Position numbers and translations under genes: made by a program. A stretch of 64,000 bases of DNA from Terriglobia bacterium (GTDB taxonomy: Bacteria; Acidobacteriota; Terriglobia; Terriglobales; Acidobacteriaceae): positions 18,427 through 82,426 of the forward strand of contig JBGPPK010000018.1 in NCBI GenBank assembly GCA_041488515.1. The letters run 5' to 3'. A model generated the notes under the pieces. That model made no database searches, was not told the DNA's origin, and saw only the letters and a list, made by a program, of their open reading frames with translations. This document shows positions 30,064-38,948 of the stretch, piece after piece (the first letter of the stretch is position 1; every line of letters begins with the position of its first letter).

Positions 30064-30894
30064 ATGAACTGGACATCTTTCAATCAATCCGCAAAACGGG
30101 CCTGGACAGTTATGACGTGGAAGCTCATCTTGGTTGCTGCTCTCGTGTTTGTGCTTGTGCTGGGGCAGATGGGTGCGAGGGCGCAACTTGGCCTTGATCC
30201 CTGCTGCGCCATCATCTCGGCAGGCCTGAATACCATTTCTGGTTTGCTCAAGAACGTTGTCGCCAAACCGCTGGGCCAGATCCAGCAAATCCAGCAGCAG
30301 GCGGCAAACTTTCAGCAGCAGGTGATCTACCCCACCAGCGCGATAAACAGCGCGCGTGGACTCGCAGGACAGATGCAAGGCCAGTTGCGGCAGATGACTC
30401 AAGTGTTCCGGCTGCCGACCGCAAGCGCAACTTTGCCTACGCCGCAGCAGCTGGAACAGGCGCTACTATCACGCAATCCGCAGGCTGTAGGCCAAGTCAG
30501 CCAGGGTTATGCGAAAGTTTATGGCACAGTAGTGGCTCCCGCGGATGCACCGCAGCCGATCCGCGACCTCGTAGACATGACCGACGCCGAAGCCCAGGCG
30601 GCACTGAAGAAAGCTCTGGAACTCGATGCCCTGGCGGATGTCGAACTGGCTGCGGCCGATCAGATCAACCAACAAATCCAGACTGCGGCGCCTGGGAGCG
30701 CCCCAATTCTCGAAGCGCAAGCATCGGCATGGCTCGTGCGAGCCAACGCTTATACGCAGTCAGCTATGGCCGAATTGATTAGGGTCCGTTCGATCGACCT
30801 TGCCAATTCAGGAGCACAACTGAAGTTCAGCGCCACGGACGTCAACAACCTGCGCAATAACACCGGTCAAGTCTTGGGACGGGGAGCGCAGTAG
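30064..30894 (+). CDS. TrbJ/VirB5-like secreted coiled-coil protein, paralogue 2
   Basis: Shares blocks with the upstream gene: NFQQQVIYPT/NFEQQVVWPV, PQQLEQALL/PSQLEQLL, AAPGSAPILEAQASA/SAPGSASILTAQAQA, LRNNTGQVL/LRNNMQQIL. Confidence 0.55.
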   Translation: MNWTSFNQSAKRAWTVMTWKLILVAALVFVLVLGQMGARAQLGLDPCCAIISAGLNTISGLLKNVVAKPLGQIQQIQQQAANFQQQVIYPTSAINSARGLAGQMQGQLRQMTQVFRLPTASATLPTPQQLEQALLSRNPQAVGQVSQGYAKVYGTVVAPADAPQPIRDLVDMTDAEAQAALKKALELDALADVELAAADQINQQIQTAAPGSAPILEAQASAWLVRANAYTQSAMAELIRVRSIDLANSGAQLKFSATDVNNLRNNTGQVLGRGAQ

Positions 30895-30896
30895 TC

Positions 30897-32135
30897 ATGT
30901 TTTATTTCCAACAACTTCTTCAGCAAGGGCTGAACGGGATCGATCGGACCGCGATGATACCGACTGTGGTCGGTATCGCTTACGCTATTCTGCTGGTCGG
31001 GTTTCTTATCGGACTCTATCAAGCCGCCATGAGAGGCGGCGATGTGCAGTCGCTTGCCATCACCGGGATCAAGTATCTGGTGATCGCCATCATCCTCGCC
31101 AACTGGTCCACCACCTTCCGCGAGGTCAATGACTCATTCAACCAAGTGGCGCAATTCATCGATAACAGTTCTGGGGCTGGGGACATGTTCCTCAGCTGGT
31201 TCGACCAATTGAAGCAGCAGTTCAGCACCAATGGGATCACCGCTATCCTTCCGGCGATAAACGCGACCTTCGCAGCGACCACCACGGCCTTGATGCTCCT
31301 CCTTGCGTACACCGTCTATGCCATGATGGTCGTCGTCTTTGCCTTCTTCTACACCCTCTACGGCTGCGTACTATACGTGCTGGGGCCGCTGGTCTTGGCA
31401 CTGTTACCCATGGCCGGCGTCGGACAACTTGCAAAGAGCTATGCCACGAACCTGATGATCTGGAATGCCTGGGGCATTCTCTACGCCATTTTCGGGTCGC
31501 TCATTACCGCGATCCAGTTCAACCGCGTCGATACCGTGATGAGCCAGGGATTTTTGCGAGGCTTTTTCCTGGGAAGCTCAGAATCGACGATTCTTGGATT
31601 GGTCAGTGTCTTTTACGCACTGGCTCTAGGTTTAATTCCGTTCATCGCGAAGAAACTGATTTCCGGCGATGTTGGATCGACAGCGTATTCGATGGTGCGC
31701 GCCGGGGCAGTCGCGGCCGGTGCGCTCGTGTCCGGCGTAAGCGGCTTTGCCGCGGGTGCTGGCGCATCATCTGCGGTCAGCCCTTCTGTGGCGACCGGAG
31801 CGGGCGCTGCGGCAACCGGCACGGCAAGCCCAGCGGCTACCGCCTCATCTTCGGCGCCTCCACCGCAGCCCAGTCTGGCGCAAACGATTCGCAACGGGAT
31901 TATGAGCGCGGTAACCGGAGGCGCTCCACCCGCTCCCGCCTCAAACGGGGGAGGAAGCACCAGTCCGCAAGCTGCCGCGGCCAGTTCCAGCGCCTCGGCT
32001 GGTTCAGCTTCACCCAAGCGTTCGTCTTCGACATTCCGGCCAATTGGCGTTACGCAAACGGTTGCGTTTCATGCCGGAAAATTCGCCGGGAGCATCGTCG
32101 GCGGAAACGGGAGCAGGGACAACGAGAATGCTTAA
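30897..32135 (+). CDS. VirB6/TrbL-like polytopic membrane protein with Ala/Ser/Gly-rich tail
   Basis: About 6 TM helices and a low-complexity C-terminus (..AGAGASSAVSPSVATGAGAAATG..). Position after the TrbJ-like genes. Confidence 0.65.
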   Translation: MFYFQQLLQQGLNGIDRTAMIPTVVGIAYAILLVGFLIGLYQAAMRGGDVQSLAITGIKYLVIAIILANWSTTFREVNDSFNQVAQFIDNSSGAGDMFLSWFDQLKQQFSTNGITAILPAINATFAATTTALMLLLAYTVYAMMVVVFAFFYTLYGCVLYVLGPLVLALLPMAGVGQLAKSYATNLMIWNAWGILYAIFGSLITAIQFNRVDTVMSQGFLRGFFLGSSESTILGLVSVFYALALGLIPFIAKKLISGDVGSTAYSMVRAGAVAAGALVSGVSGFAAGAGASSAVSPSVATGAGAAATGTASPAATASSSAPPPQPSLAQTIRNGIMSAVTGGAPPAPASNGGGSTSPQAAAASSSASAGSASPKRSSSTFRPIGVTQTVAFHAGKFAGSIVGGNGSRDNENA

Positions 32136-32156
32136 GCGCGAAGGAGGCCAAAAACA

Positions 32157-32315
32157 ATGCTGCCATGGTATCGAGGGCCAATTTATGAGCCGAAGGACAG
32201 CCGTTTCCGTCCCTGGAGCCTTACGACGCTGATCGCATTTTATGTCGGCAGATTTTTCGGCCGTCTGTTTCGAAGCAGGAGAAAAGGTCATGTGGTTAAA
32301 GAAGACAGATCCTAA
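32157..32315 (+). CDS. Unlisted 52-codon ORF with strong Shine-Dalgarno sequence (small membrane protein?)
   Basis: AAGGAGG lies 9 nt upstream of the ATG at 32157. Product MLPWYRGPIYEPKDSRFRPWSLTTLIAFYVGRFFGRLFRSRRKGHVVKEDRS*. Overlaps the virB8-like start by 26 nt. Confidence 0.35.
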   Translation: MLPWYRGPIYEPKDSRFRPWSLTTLIAFYVGRFFGRLFRSRRKGHVVKEDRS

Positions 32316-33033
32316 AGAGAAGGCACAAGCACCCGAGAAGCTCCGCTACAGCCGTTATTACGAGCATGACGGTGCCCTGCGCGCTTATGCAAACCGAGCA
32401 ATGCTCCTAGCGTTTATCTGCGTGCCGACCGCGCTCCTGGCGGTTGCAATGGCGGCCTATGTCCGCTTGCAGCCGCCAACGGTGATTCGTGTGGATGCAT
32501 CTGGCACAGCAGTTGCAGTGGACAGCAAGCCGGCAGCAAAGTCGCCGCTGGTCGTCTCCCAAGGCACCAGCGCCGAGCCGAGCGACTTTGAGAAAACCGC
32601 CTTCGTCCGGCTCTTCCTGCAGCGTTATCTGAACTTCTCGCCGGATAGTGTTAACCGCAATTGGGCCGACGGTCTGAACATGATGACTTCCAACCTTCGG
32701 CGAGCCACTCTCAGCGCGATCGAAAAGGACAACGTAGTTGGAAAGATTCAGGACGATCAGATCACTTCTGTCTTTCACGTGCGCTCGTTGGATCCGGCAA
32801 AGGATGATCCTCTCAGTTTTACAGTCTTCGGAGTGAAGGAGGTCCACCACGTCCGCGACCATCAGGAGACGAGCGACAAACTGGTAGGCGAATTTCATGT
32901 TCGGCTGATTACGGAGCGGCGCTCGGAAGCCAATCCAAGCGGTCTGCTGATTGCGGAGTACGGAGAGCGGTTGATCGAAGGAGAACGCCGGGATGCGATT
33001 GCCCAAGATACTTCCTTCGACAAAACAAATTGA
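32290..33033 (+). CDS. VirB8/TrbF-like protein
   Basis: Short cytoplasmic N-terminus and one TM helix (LLAFICVPTALLAVAMAAYV). NTF2-like periplasmic domain ending ..ANPSGLLIAEY (cf. NPlGxxV.xY). Confidence 0.65.
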   Translation: MWLKKTDPKEKAQAPEKLRYSRYYEHDGALRAYANRAMLLAFICVPTALLAVAMAAYVRLQPPTVIRVDASGTAVAVDSKPAAKSPLVVSQGTSAEPSDFEKTAFVRLFLQRYLNFSPDSVNRNWADGLNMMTSNLRRATLSAIEKDNVVGKIQDDQITSVFHVRSLDPAKDDPLSFTVFGVKEVHHVRDHQETSDKLVGEFHVRLITERRSEANPSGLLIAEYGERLIEGERRDAIAQDTSFDKTN

Positions 33034-33049
33034 TATTTGAGGAACAAAC

Positions 33050-33337
33050 ATGGACGGAGCGAAAACAACAAATGACGTTGCGCCGGGAACGTCCGAAAGG
33101 AACGGCCGTCGCCGGCGCTGGGAGATGACCAGCGACAACGTGCGCTATTTCCTGCCCAAATCCGGCAGCTCCAGCGAGAAACCGGAATTGGACCAGGAGA
33201 TGGCGAGTGAAGGAGAAGCATTGGTGCAGGCATTCAAATCCGGCCAGGTGTTCTACACCCTGGTCGCATGGAAGGCGGTGCCGGAGATCAACGGAAACGA
33301 ACCGAAAATTGTGAAGCAGGCTTTGTCCCGAAGCTGA
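33050..33337 (+). CDS. Small hypothetical protein
   Basis: 95-aa ORF following the virB8-like gene. No recognisable domain. The start may be the internal MTSDN. Confidence 0.45.
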   Translation: MDGAKTTNDVAPGTSERNGRRRRWEMTSDNVRYFLPKSGSSSEKPELDQEMASEGEALVQAFKSGQVFYTLVAWKAVPEINGNEPKIVKQALSRS

Positions 33338-33575
33338 ACGCGGGACGCGAGTTGGCACGAGTTTTCAAAAGAGACCAACAGGCTCGTCGAGCTTACGGTC
33401 CTTTGAAGACCCTACACGTTTCATGTAGGGAGATGTGCTGACCCGGCTCTAGTCGGTGCCTGGCCAGAAACCCAAAACCAGGGAGGCCAGGCAGACAGAG
33501 TGTCCGGGGAAAGCAAAAAAGCCCCTTAGTCATTGCCGGGTTTCCCGCAGCAAAAACTAAGGAGCTTTATCAATC

Positions 33576-36023
33576 ATGGAAAAGTATAGCAACAAGACGA
33601 GCAAGTTTTCAATCGAGCAGGTTGTTACGCTTGACATCGATTCAACAGGAAGTGTGACCCAACGGCTCACGAACCTGGAGACGACGCTCGAGAACACCCT
33701 TCTCAACGCGCTGTATCCCGGAATCAAAGTCGCTGTTGTGAACGTACCCAACGAGCCTCTGGATGCTTATGAGGAATCGCAGGTCGAAAACGCAATGGCG
33801 AACCTCAAGTTCAAAAACATTCCTTACAAATTAGTGGGGGCAAGTGGTTCGTCCAAAGACGGCAAGTTTTACTTCGTGGACAAGGACCACAGCCAATCGA
33901 TTGCGGAACGCTTCCAGCATTGGCCGCAGGCAGCCATCGTCTACTTCGGCATCCTGGTCTCCTCCTGCAAGGTGGTGATCGAGGAGCCGGACGTGTCGGT
34001 GCTGGTGGTTGAAGATCACGTATTGGGAACCAATGATTGCCGTGGCTGGATTCGGCGGTCGCTGTTTTCAAAACTTCAACTGCCGGAAAACTGCTTCTAC
34101 CAGTTCCGGCTGGCGTTTGAAAAAACGCAGGCCAAGGGCTCCTTCAAGGTCATGGAGGACGAGGCGGCGCAGCTGCTCGACGCCGATATTGTTCTCCCGG
34201 AAAGCGCGGTGAAACCGGGCTTGAAGGTGCCTGTTGCAATGTACTCGGTCTTTGGCAAGGGCCGCAGGTTCCGTGGGCCGGTGGTGCTGGGAATTCGCGA
34301 ATTTTCGCGGAAGCTTGAATTCGAGTCCAGCTACACCCTCATCGAACATGCGCCCGAGGACTCGATCCAGCTTGAGATCCTGCCCGAGGCACTCGGTCAG
34401 GTGCGCAGGCTGAACGACTCGATCAGCGAAGGCCGGTACACGGAACTGCTTGAGCTCCTGGGTCTTGACGATGCCGAGAAAAGCCAGGACGAGGAGGTCA
34501 GGACTGTGGAAGCGGCGCTGCTGGCCGATACCAGTGGCCATATCGTCCGCTACCCCTACATCAACAATCAACTCAACCGTCTGCTCGCCCGCTGGGCCTT
34601 TAAAGCGGCGACCGGAGGAGGATTCCGTCTGCCAGCCTATGCGCTTGCCGACGACGGATACCTGATCGTTCACGATGGAAGGCTGTATGCGGGGTCTGAC
34701 TGGATCTCAAAACAACAGGCTATTGTGGCGCTTGAGTCGAAGCGTGGTTTGTGTGTCCGTTATCCCATCCGTATGTGCGAGGACTTGTTGCCGATAGAAC
34801 ATATCGGCTCCTCAGAACTCGTCATGCAGCTCAATCGCAGTCTGGGTGAGCAGGGATGCCGGATTTCCTATGACTTGGCCGGGCAGATCGCCACACAGCA
34901 GCTGCTTCTGGAAGGCACATATGTTCTGCATTCAGAGGCGGCCAAGAAGAACGGCGGCGATTTCGATTTTGACTGGATCTGCATCCTGGAAGAAAACCGG
35001 TTCCCGCGCTTTGTGCGGAAACGATTTTCGCTCACCAACGAATTCCATCAGCAGAAGATGAAGCTCCGCAAGGCGAAATCTCCCTGGTGGAACCTCGAAC
35101 ATGTGGCGATCAAGGCCCGTGGAAACCAGATCGGCATGATTACCGACCTGAAGACCTCATGTCTGGCTGCCGGCAGGAGCGATCTTGCTTACCAGCTCGT
35201 CACTGAATTGCAGAAGGCGCTCGACAGTCTCAAGCATGAAGTCGAGCCCGACGCCAAAATCATCGCCGATATACGTCAACAGGTAAATCCCGCGCCGTGG
35301 CTCAAGTACAAGAACGAATCACGGATTTCGGGTTTGCCTATTCACCTCGATGTGGATGAGAACGATCGCATCGGGAAACTTTATAACCACGTTCGCAAGG
35401 AGATTGAAGACCTGCTTACGGCGAAGCTGCCCATAGAGGAATTCAAAGGGCTTGTCTCGGGAGAGAGTGTTACCCGGGTGATGTTCGATGAATGCCGCTA
35501 TGTAAACAGCGTTTACGCCGCGGTGGTGGGCCGTATCTCCGAACGGCAGGACAAACTCAAAGCCGATCTCGACAAGGCACAGACCGAATGGGAGGCTGTG
35601 CGCAAGGGCTCCGACAAGGAACTGCGGAAGCAAAAGCTGCAGGCACGCCGCAAGGCCTATTCCGCTCACTACCAAGGTGAAGAACGGGCCAAGCAGGAGA
35701 TGAAAGCGATCATCTCTTACGTACGTGTCTGGGCAGCGAGCAAGACCGACAACCGGATGGGATGGTGCCAGGCCTTGAACCGGGTGGTATGCAACGGCCA
35801 GGGCAGTGGCTCGATCCTCTTCCATGCCTTTCCGCAGGAACTCGTCGCGAAACTTGCAGAGCAGACGGGCGGCAAGACCGTCCGCGTTGTTGTGCCGGAG
35901 GTGTCCGGGATGTCGATTTTCCGCGACTCCGAAGGGCGCAGCTTCCTGGTCGAGAAAATTGAAGGCGGGGAAAAACAGACCTTCCTGTTTCAGTACAAGG
36001 ACGGCCAGTTCTTCTTCGGATGA
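33576..36023 (+). CDS. Eukaryotic-type RdRP / YonO-like two-barrel (DPBB) polymerase homologue
   Basis: Ordered motifs: TNDCRGWIRRSL; YQFRL..AKGSFKV; LADDGYL; VRYPIRMCEDLLPIE; NGGDFDFDWICIL (Asp triad at nt 34959-34973). AAGGAG Shine-Dalgarno sequence upstream of the ATG. Confidence 0.65.
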   Translation: MEKYSNKTSKFSIEQVVTLDIDSTGSVTQRLTNLETTLENTLLNALYPGIKVAVVNVPNEPLDAYEESQVENAMANLKFKNIPYKLVGASGSSKDGKFYFVDKDHSQSIAERFQHWPQAAIVYFGILVSSCKVVIEEPDVSVLVVEDHVLGTNDCRGWIRRSLFSKLQLPENCFYQFRLAFEKTQAKGSFKVMEDEAAQLLDADIVLPESAVKPGLKVPVAMYSVFGKGRRFRGPVVLGIREFSRKLEFESSYTLIEHAPEDSIQLEILPEALGQVRRLNDSISEGRYTELLELLGLDDAEKSQDEEVRTVEAALLADTSGHIVRYPYINNQLNRLLARWAFKAATGGGFRLPAYALADDGYLIVHDGRLYAGSDWISKQQAIVALESKRGLCVRYPIRMCEDLLPIEHIGSSELVMQLNRSLGEQGCRISYDLAGQIATQQLLLEGTYVLHSEAAKKNGGDFDFDWICILEENRFPRFVRKRFSLTNEFHQQKMKLRKAKSPWWNLEHVAIKARGNQIGMITDLKTSCLAAGRSDLAYQLVTELQKALDSLKHEVEPDAKIIADIRQQVNPAPWLKYKNESRISGLPIHLDVDENDRIGKLYNHVRKEIEDLLTAKLPIEEFKGLVSGESVTRVMFDECRYVNSVYAAVVGRISERQDKLKADLDKAQTEWEAVRKGSDKELRKQKLQARRKAYSAHYQGEERAKQEMKAIISYVRVWAASKTDNRMGWCQALNRVVCNGQGSGSILFHAFPQELVAKLAEQTGGKTVRVVVPEVSGMSIFRDSEGRSFLVEKIEGGEKQTFLFQYKDGQFFFG

Positions 36024-36090
36024 GTCAACCATCAACCCAGAACGGAGCCGGAGCAATCCGGTTCCGTTCGCTAAGAATTCGAAGGTCATC

Positions 36091-36927
36091 ATGAAGCGCG
36101 CACTGATATTTCTGTTGACGATGTATGCAGTTGTCACAGCTGCTGACGAGCTGAAGGTGAGTCAACCGCCTCCAGGTGAGGTGATCCATGTTGCGACGGC
36201 GCTTGACCATCTAACGGTGCTTGAGTTCGGAGAACCAGTCACCATGGCCGCCGCCGGCAGCCCGGCATTCCAGATTGAGCGGCACGAAGACAAGGTCTTC
36301 ATCAAGCCCTTGAAGGCTGGCGTCTCGACTGACCTCTTTGTCTGGACCGCTTCACGGCGCTTCGCCTATGAGCTAGAGCCCCCAGGGGAGGTAAAGAACA
36401 TGAATTTCGCAGTCGACAGCCGCATTCCAACACCTAAACCGGTCCCAGACAGCAGCGCACATCTGGAAGAAATCGCCGACATGATGTTCACGCGTGTATT
36501 TCTTGGAGCCGAGCGGGTGGACTCGACCAGCATCAAGGATGCCAAAGACCGCATCACCGTCCGCATCGAGCATGTATTTCAGTCCCGGAACACTCTCTAT
36601 ATTCACTATTCAATCCAGAATCAATCGGCCCGGCCATACCGAGTAACCACGCCGGCAATTGCCGAGGCACTTGCTCCGCAGGCGACCATCTCGGTCATGT
36701 CGTTTCATCACGTCCAACTCGACGATCAAATACTTCGCAGATTTGGAGAACTTAGAGAACGTCCTTTGTCTCCGGCGCGGGCGGAGGTCGAAAAGGAGGA
36801 CCTGCAACCGGGCGAGGAAACACATGGAGTCGTCGCCATCCGGGAACAAGTTGTCGCGCCAACCATCTTTCAACTGACTTTTGGTTCACTTGGTGCTCGA
36901 AAGGTGCAGGCCACGATGGTGTTTTAG
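36091..36927 (+). CDS. VirB9/TrbG-like (TraN-like) component, paralogue 2
   Basis: Signal peptide MKRALIFLLTMYAVVTA. ..LTVLEFGEPVTMAAAGSPAFQIERHEDKVFIKPLK.. plus the C-terminal LYIHYSIQNQSARPY.. domain, parallel to the 19953 product. Confidence 0.55.
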   Translation: MKRALIFLLTMYAVVTAADELKVSQPPPGEVIHVATALDHLTVLEFGEPVTMAAAGSPAFQIERHEDKVFIKPLKAGVSTDLFVWTASRRFAYELEPPGEVKNMNFAVDSRIPTPKPVPDSSAHLEEIADMMFTRVFLGAERVDSTSIKDAKDRITVRIEHVFQSRNTLYIHYSIQNQSARPYRVTTPAIAEALAPQATISVMSFHHVQLDDQILRRFGELRERPLSPARAEVEKEDLQPGEETHGVVAIREQVVAPTIFQLTFGSLGARKVQATMVF

Positions 36928-37155
36928 ATGTCAGAACGGTACATCACGGAAACCGAGACGCGGAGGCTTCTACGCGACGCATATGCGCAGGATCCTGAAA
37001 AGAGCGTCCTCGGACAAATAGGCCGAAATGCATCTGATCCGGTCATGCCGCGAGATGCGAATAACCGCCCACGTATTCATCCTCTATGGCTGACGCTTGG
37101 TTTGGTCATCCTGTTTGCAATGGTGGTCTTCTTCTATTTCAGTTTTGTTAAATGA
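36928..37155 (+). CDS. Small single-TM protein
   Basis: 75 aa with a C-terminal helix LWLTLGLVILFAMVVFFYFSFV. The start directly abuts the preceding stop, and its own stop overlaps the T4CP start. Confidence 0.55.
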   Translation: MSERYITETETRRLLRDAYAQDPEKSVLGQIGRNASDPVMPRDANNRPRIHPLWLTLGLVILFAMVVFFYFSFVK

Positions 37156-38948
37156 TCAATCACAACAGCTACGAGTATGGACGCCGCGAGTATCAACGTA
37201 CACGCGAAGACAACGGCGCGCTTGCTCTTGTGGTCCTGGCGGTAGCCTTGCTTGGGATTGGCTTTTACGTTCTGGTTTCCCGCTTTCATATTCGCACCCG
37301 TCAAATCGTGGAATTGAGCTTTTATCTGATCGCTCTGGTTGGATCCGGAATCAGCATTGCCTGGTATCTAAGGACCCGGAAGAAGCGCATCGAGAACGCC
37401 TGGCCCCATCTTGCGGTGTTTGTTCCGATGCTCAAAGATCGCCGCTATGTTGAGCGGGCTTTTGAGCAGAACGCCATCATTCCCGGCTACGACATTTACG
37501 CGCGTCCCTGGTACTGGTCTGACGACGCACGGCGGATGCAAACGGTGGTGGTTGGTCAGTCAGGGTCCGGCAAGACGACATTGCTTCACAACATTGCCAG
37601 TCAGGACATTCGCCGGACCTTTAACAGCCGGCACTTGCCAGTGATCATCTTTGACGGGAAGGGTGACCAGGAATTCCTGAATGACCTGCTGCCGGAGATT
37701 GCCGCTGCCGGCCGGCTCCATCAATTGCGGGTCCTTGATCCATTCCGCCCCGAAATCTCCGTGCGCTTTAATCCGCTCTATAACAAAGGAGGCTCGAGCC
37801 AGGAACTGGTAAATGCCTTCTTCGATTCCTTTCTGCAGCGGCAGGACTTCTTCCGAGGACACCAGGCGGCGTATTTGAGTGACGTTTGCCGTGTGCTCGA
37901 CTACACCGGAAAGATCTACAACATCCCCGATGTCTTGGTCATGGCCAGGGATGAACTGGTGCTGAGAGAGCAAATTGCCAGGGCCTCGCGCAGCATAAGC
38001 GATCAGTCCAACGTATCTCAGCACCGGCGTCAGAACTTCGAGATGTCTGCAAAGAACCTGCTTCAGTCACTTGAAGACCGCGAGCGTTTGCAGAAGATAC
38101 AGGGTTTGCTGAACGAGCTTGGGACGTTCACCGAGGACGACCTTTCGGTCATTACCAATGCCTACGACGATCTGCTGACCCTCGACGAGATCGTGGATCA
38201 GGAACTCATCCTTTTCGTCTCGTTGAACACCAACAAGAACGCGAGAGCGGTCACGGCTCTTGGTCGAATGCTGCTCCAGAATCTCCAACTTATGGTCGGT
38301 AAACGCTACCTGAACGAGCAGGAGAGACGCCGTGAAAACCGCCCGATGGTCAGCGTGATCATGGACGAATTTGCTCCGTTTGCCTATCCCAATTTTGCCC
38401 AAATCCTGCAAACCGCACGCGGCAGCAACATCGCCCTGCTGTTTTCGTTGCAATCGATTCCACAGCTGCGGAGCGTCAGCCGCAGCTTTGGTGATGATGT
38501 TTCGTCGGCGCCCAATACGATCATGCTGCTGCGCACCCGGGATGAGGAAACCGCCCGATATTTCCTCAACGCTTCGGCCAGAGTGACTGGAGAAAGACGG
38601 ACGATGACCGTCGAAAAGAAAGGTGTTCTGGACGAACATTACGAGGAGATTGGATTCGGAAGCATTACCGAAATCGAAAAGACTAGAGCGGTGGATTTTC
38701 ACATCAAGAACCTGCCTGTCGGCCAGATGCAGGTTTTGACGACCGATAACCGGTTGGGTACGCTGCACATGCACGTGCATGTGCGTCGGCCACAGAGGTG
38801 GTTCCTTTCCAGCTTTGAGGCCGTGCTATATCGACGGTTGCAGCAGGTTAACGCGGACACCAACGGCGCAAATCTGAGGTTCAAAAACCCGGATCTGACC
38901 CGTCGCATGAACCGCATATTTGGCAAGAATAGAGTCGCCTCAGCATGA
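37152..38948 (+). CDS. Type IV coupling protein (TraD/TraG/VirD4 family)
   Basis: Two N-terminal TM helices. Walker A VVVGQSGSGKTT, Walker B VSVIMDEFAPF, and ..ALLFSLQS... Confidence 0.88.
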   Translation: MINHNSYEYGRREYQRTREDNGALALVVLAVALLGIGFYVLVSRFHIRTRQIVELSFYLIALVGSGISIAWYLRTRKKRIENAWPHLAVFVPMLKDRRYVERAFEQNAIIPGYDIYARPWYWSDDARRMQTVVVGQSGSGKTTLLHNIASQDIRRTFNSRHLPVIIFDGKGDQEFLNDLLPEIAAAGRLHQLRVLDPFRPEISVRFNPLYNKGGSSQELVNAFFDSFLQRQDFFRGHQAAYLSDVCRVLDYTGKIYNIPDVLVMARDELVLREQIARASRSISDQSNVSQHRRQNFEMSAKNLLQSLEDRERLQKIQGLLNELGTFTEDDLSVITNAYDDLLTLDEIVDQELILFVSLNTNKNARAVTALGRMLLQNLQLMVGKRYLNEQERRRENRPMVSVIMDEFAPFAYPNFAQILQTARGSNIALLFSLQSIPQLRSVSRSFGDDVSSAPNTIMLLRTRDEETARYFLNASARVTGERRTMTVEKKGVLDEHYEEIGFGSITEIEKTRAVDFHIKNLPVGQMQVLTTDNRLGTLHMHVHVRRPQRWFLSSFEAVLYRRLQQVNADTNGANLRFKNPDLTRRMNRIFGKNRVASA

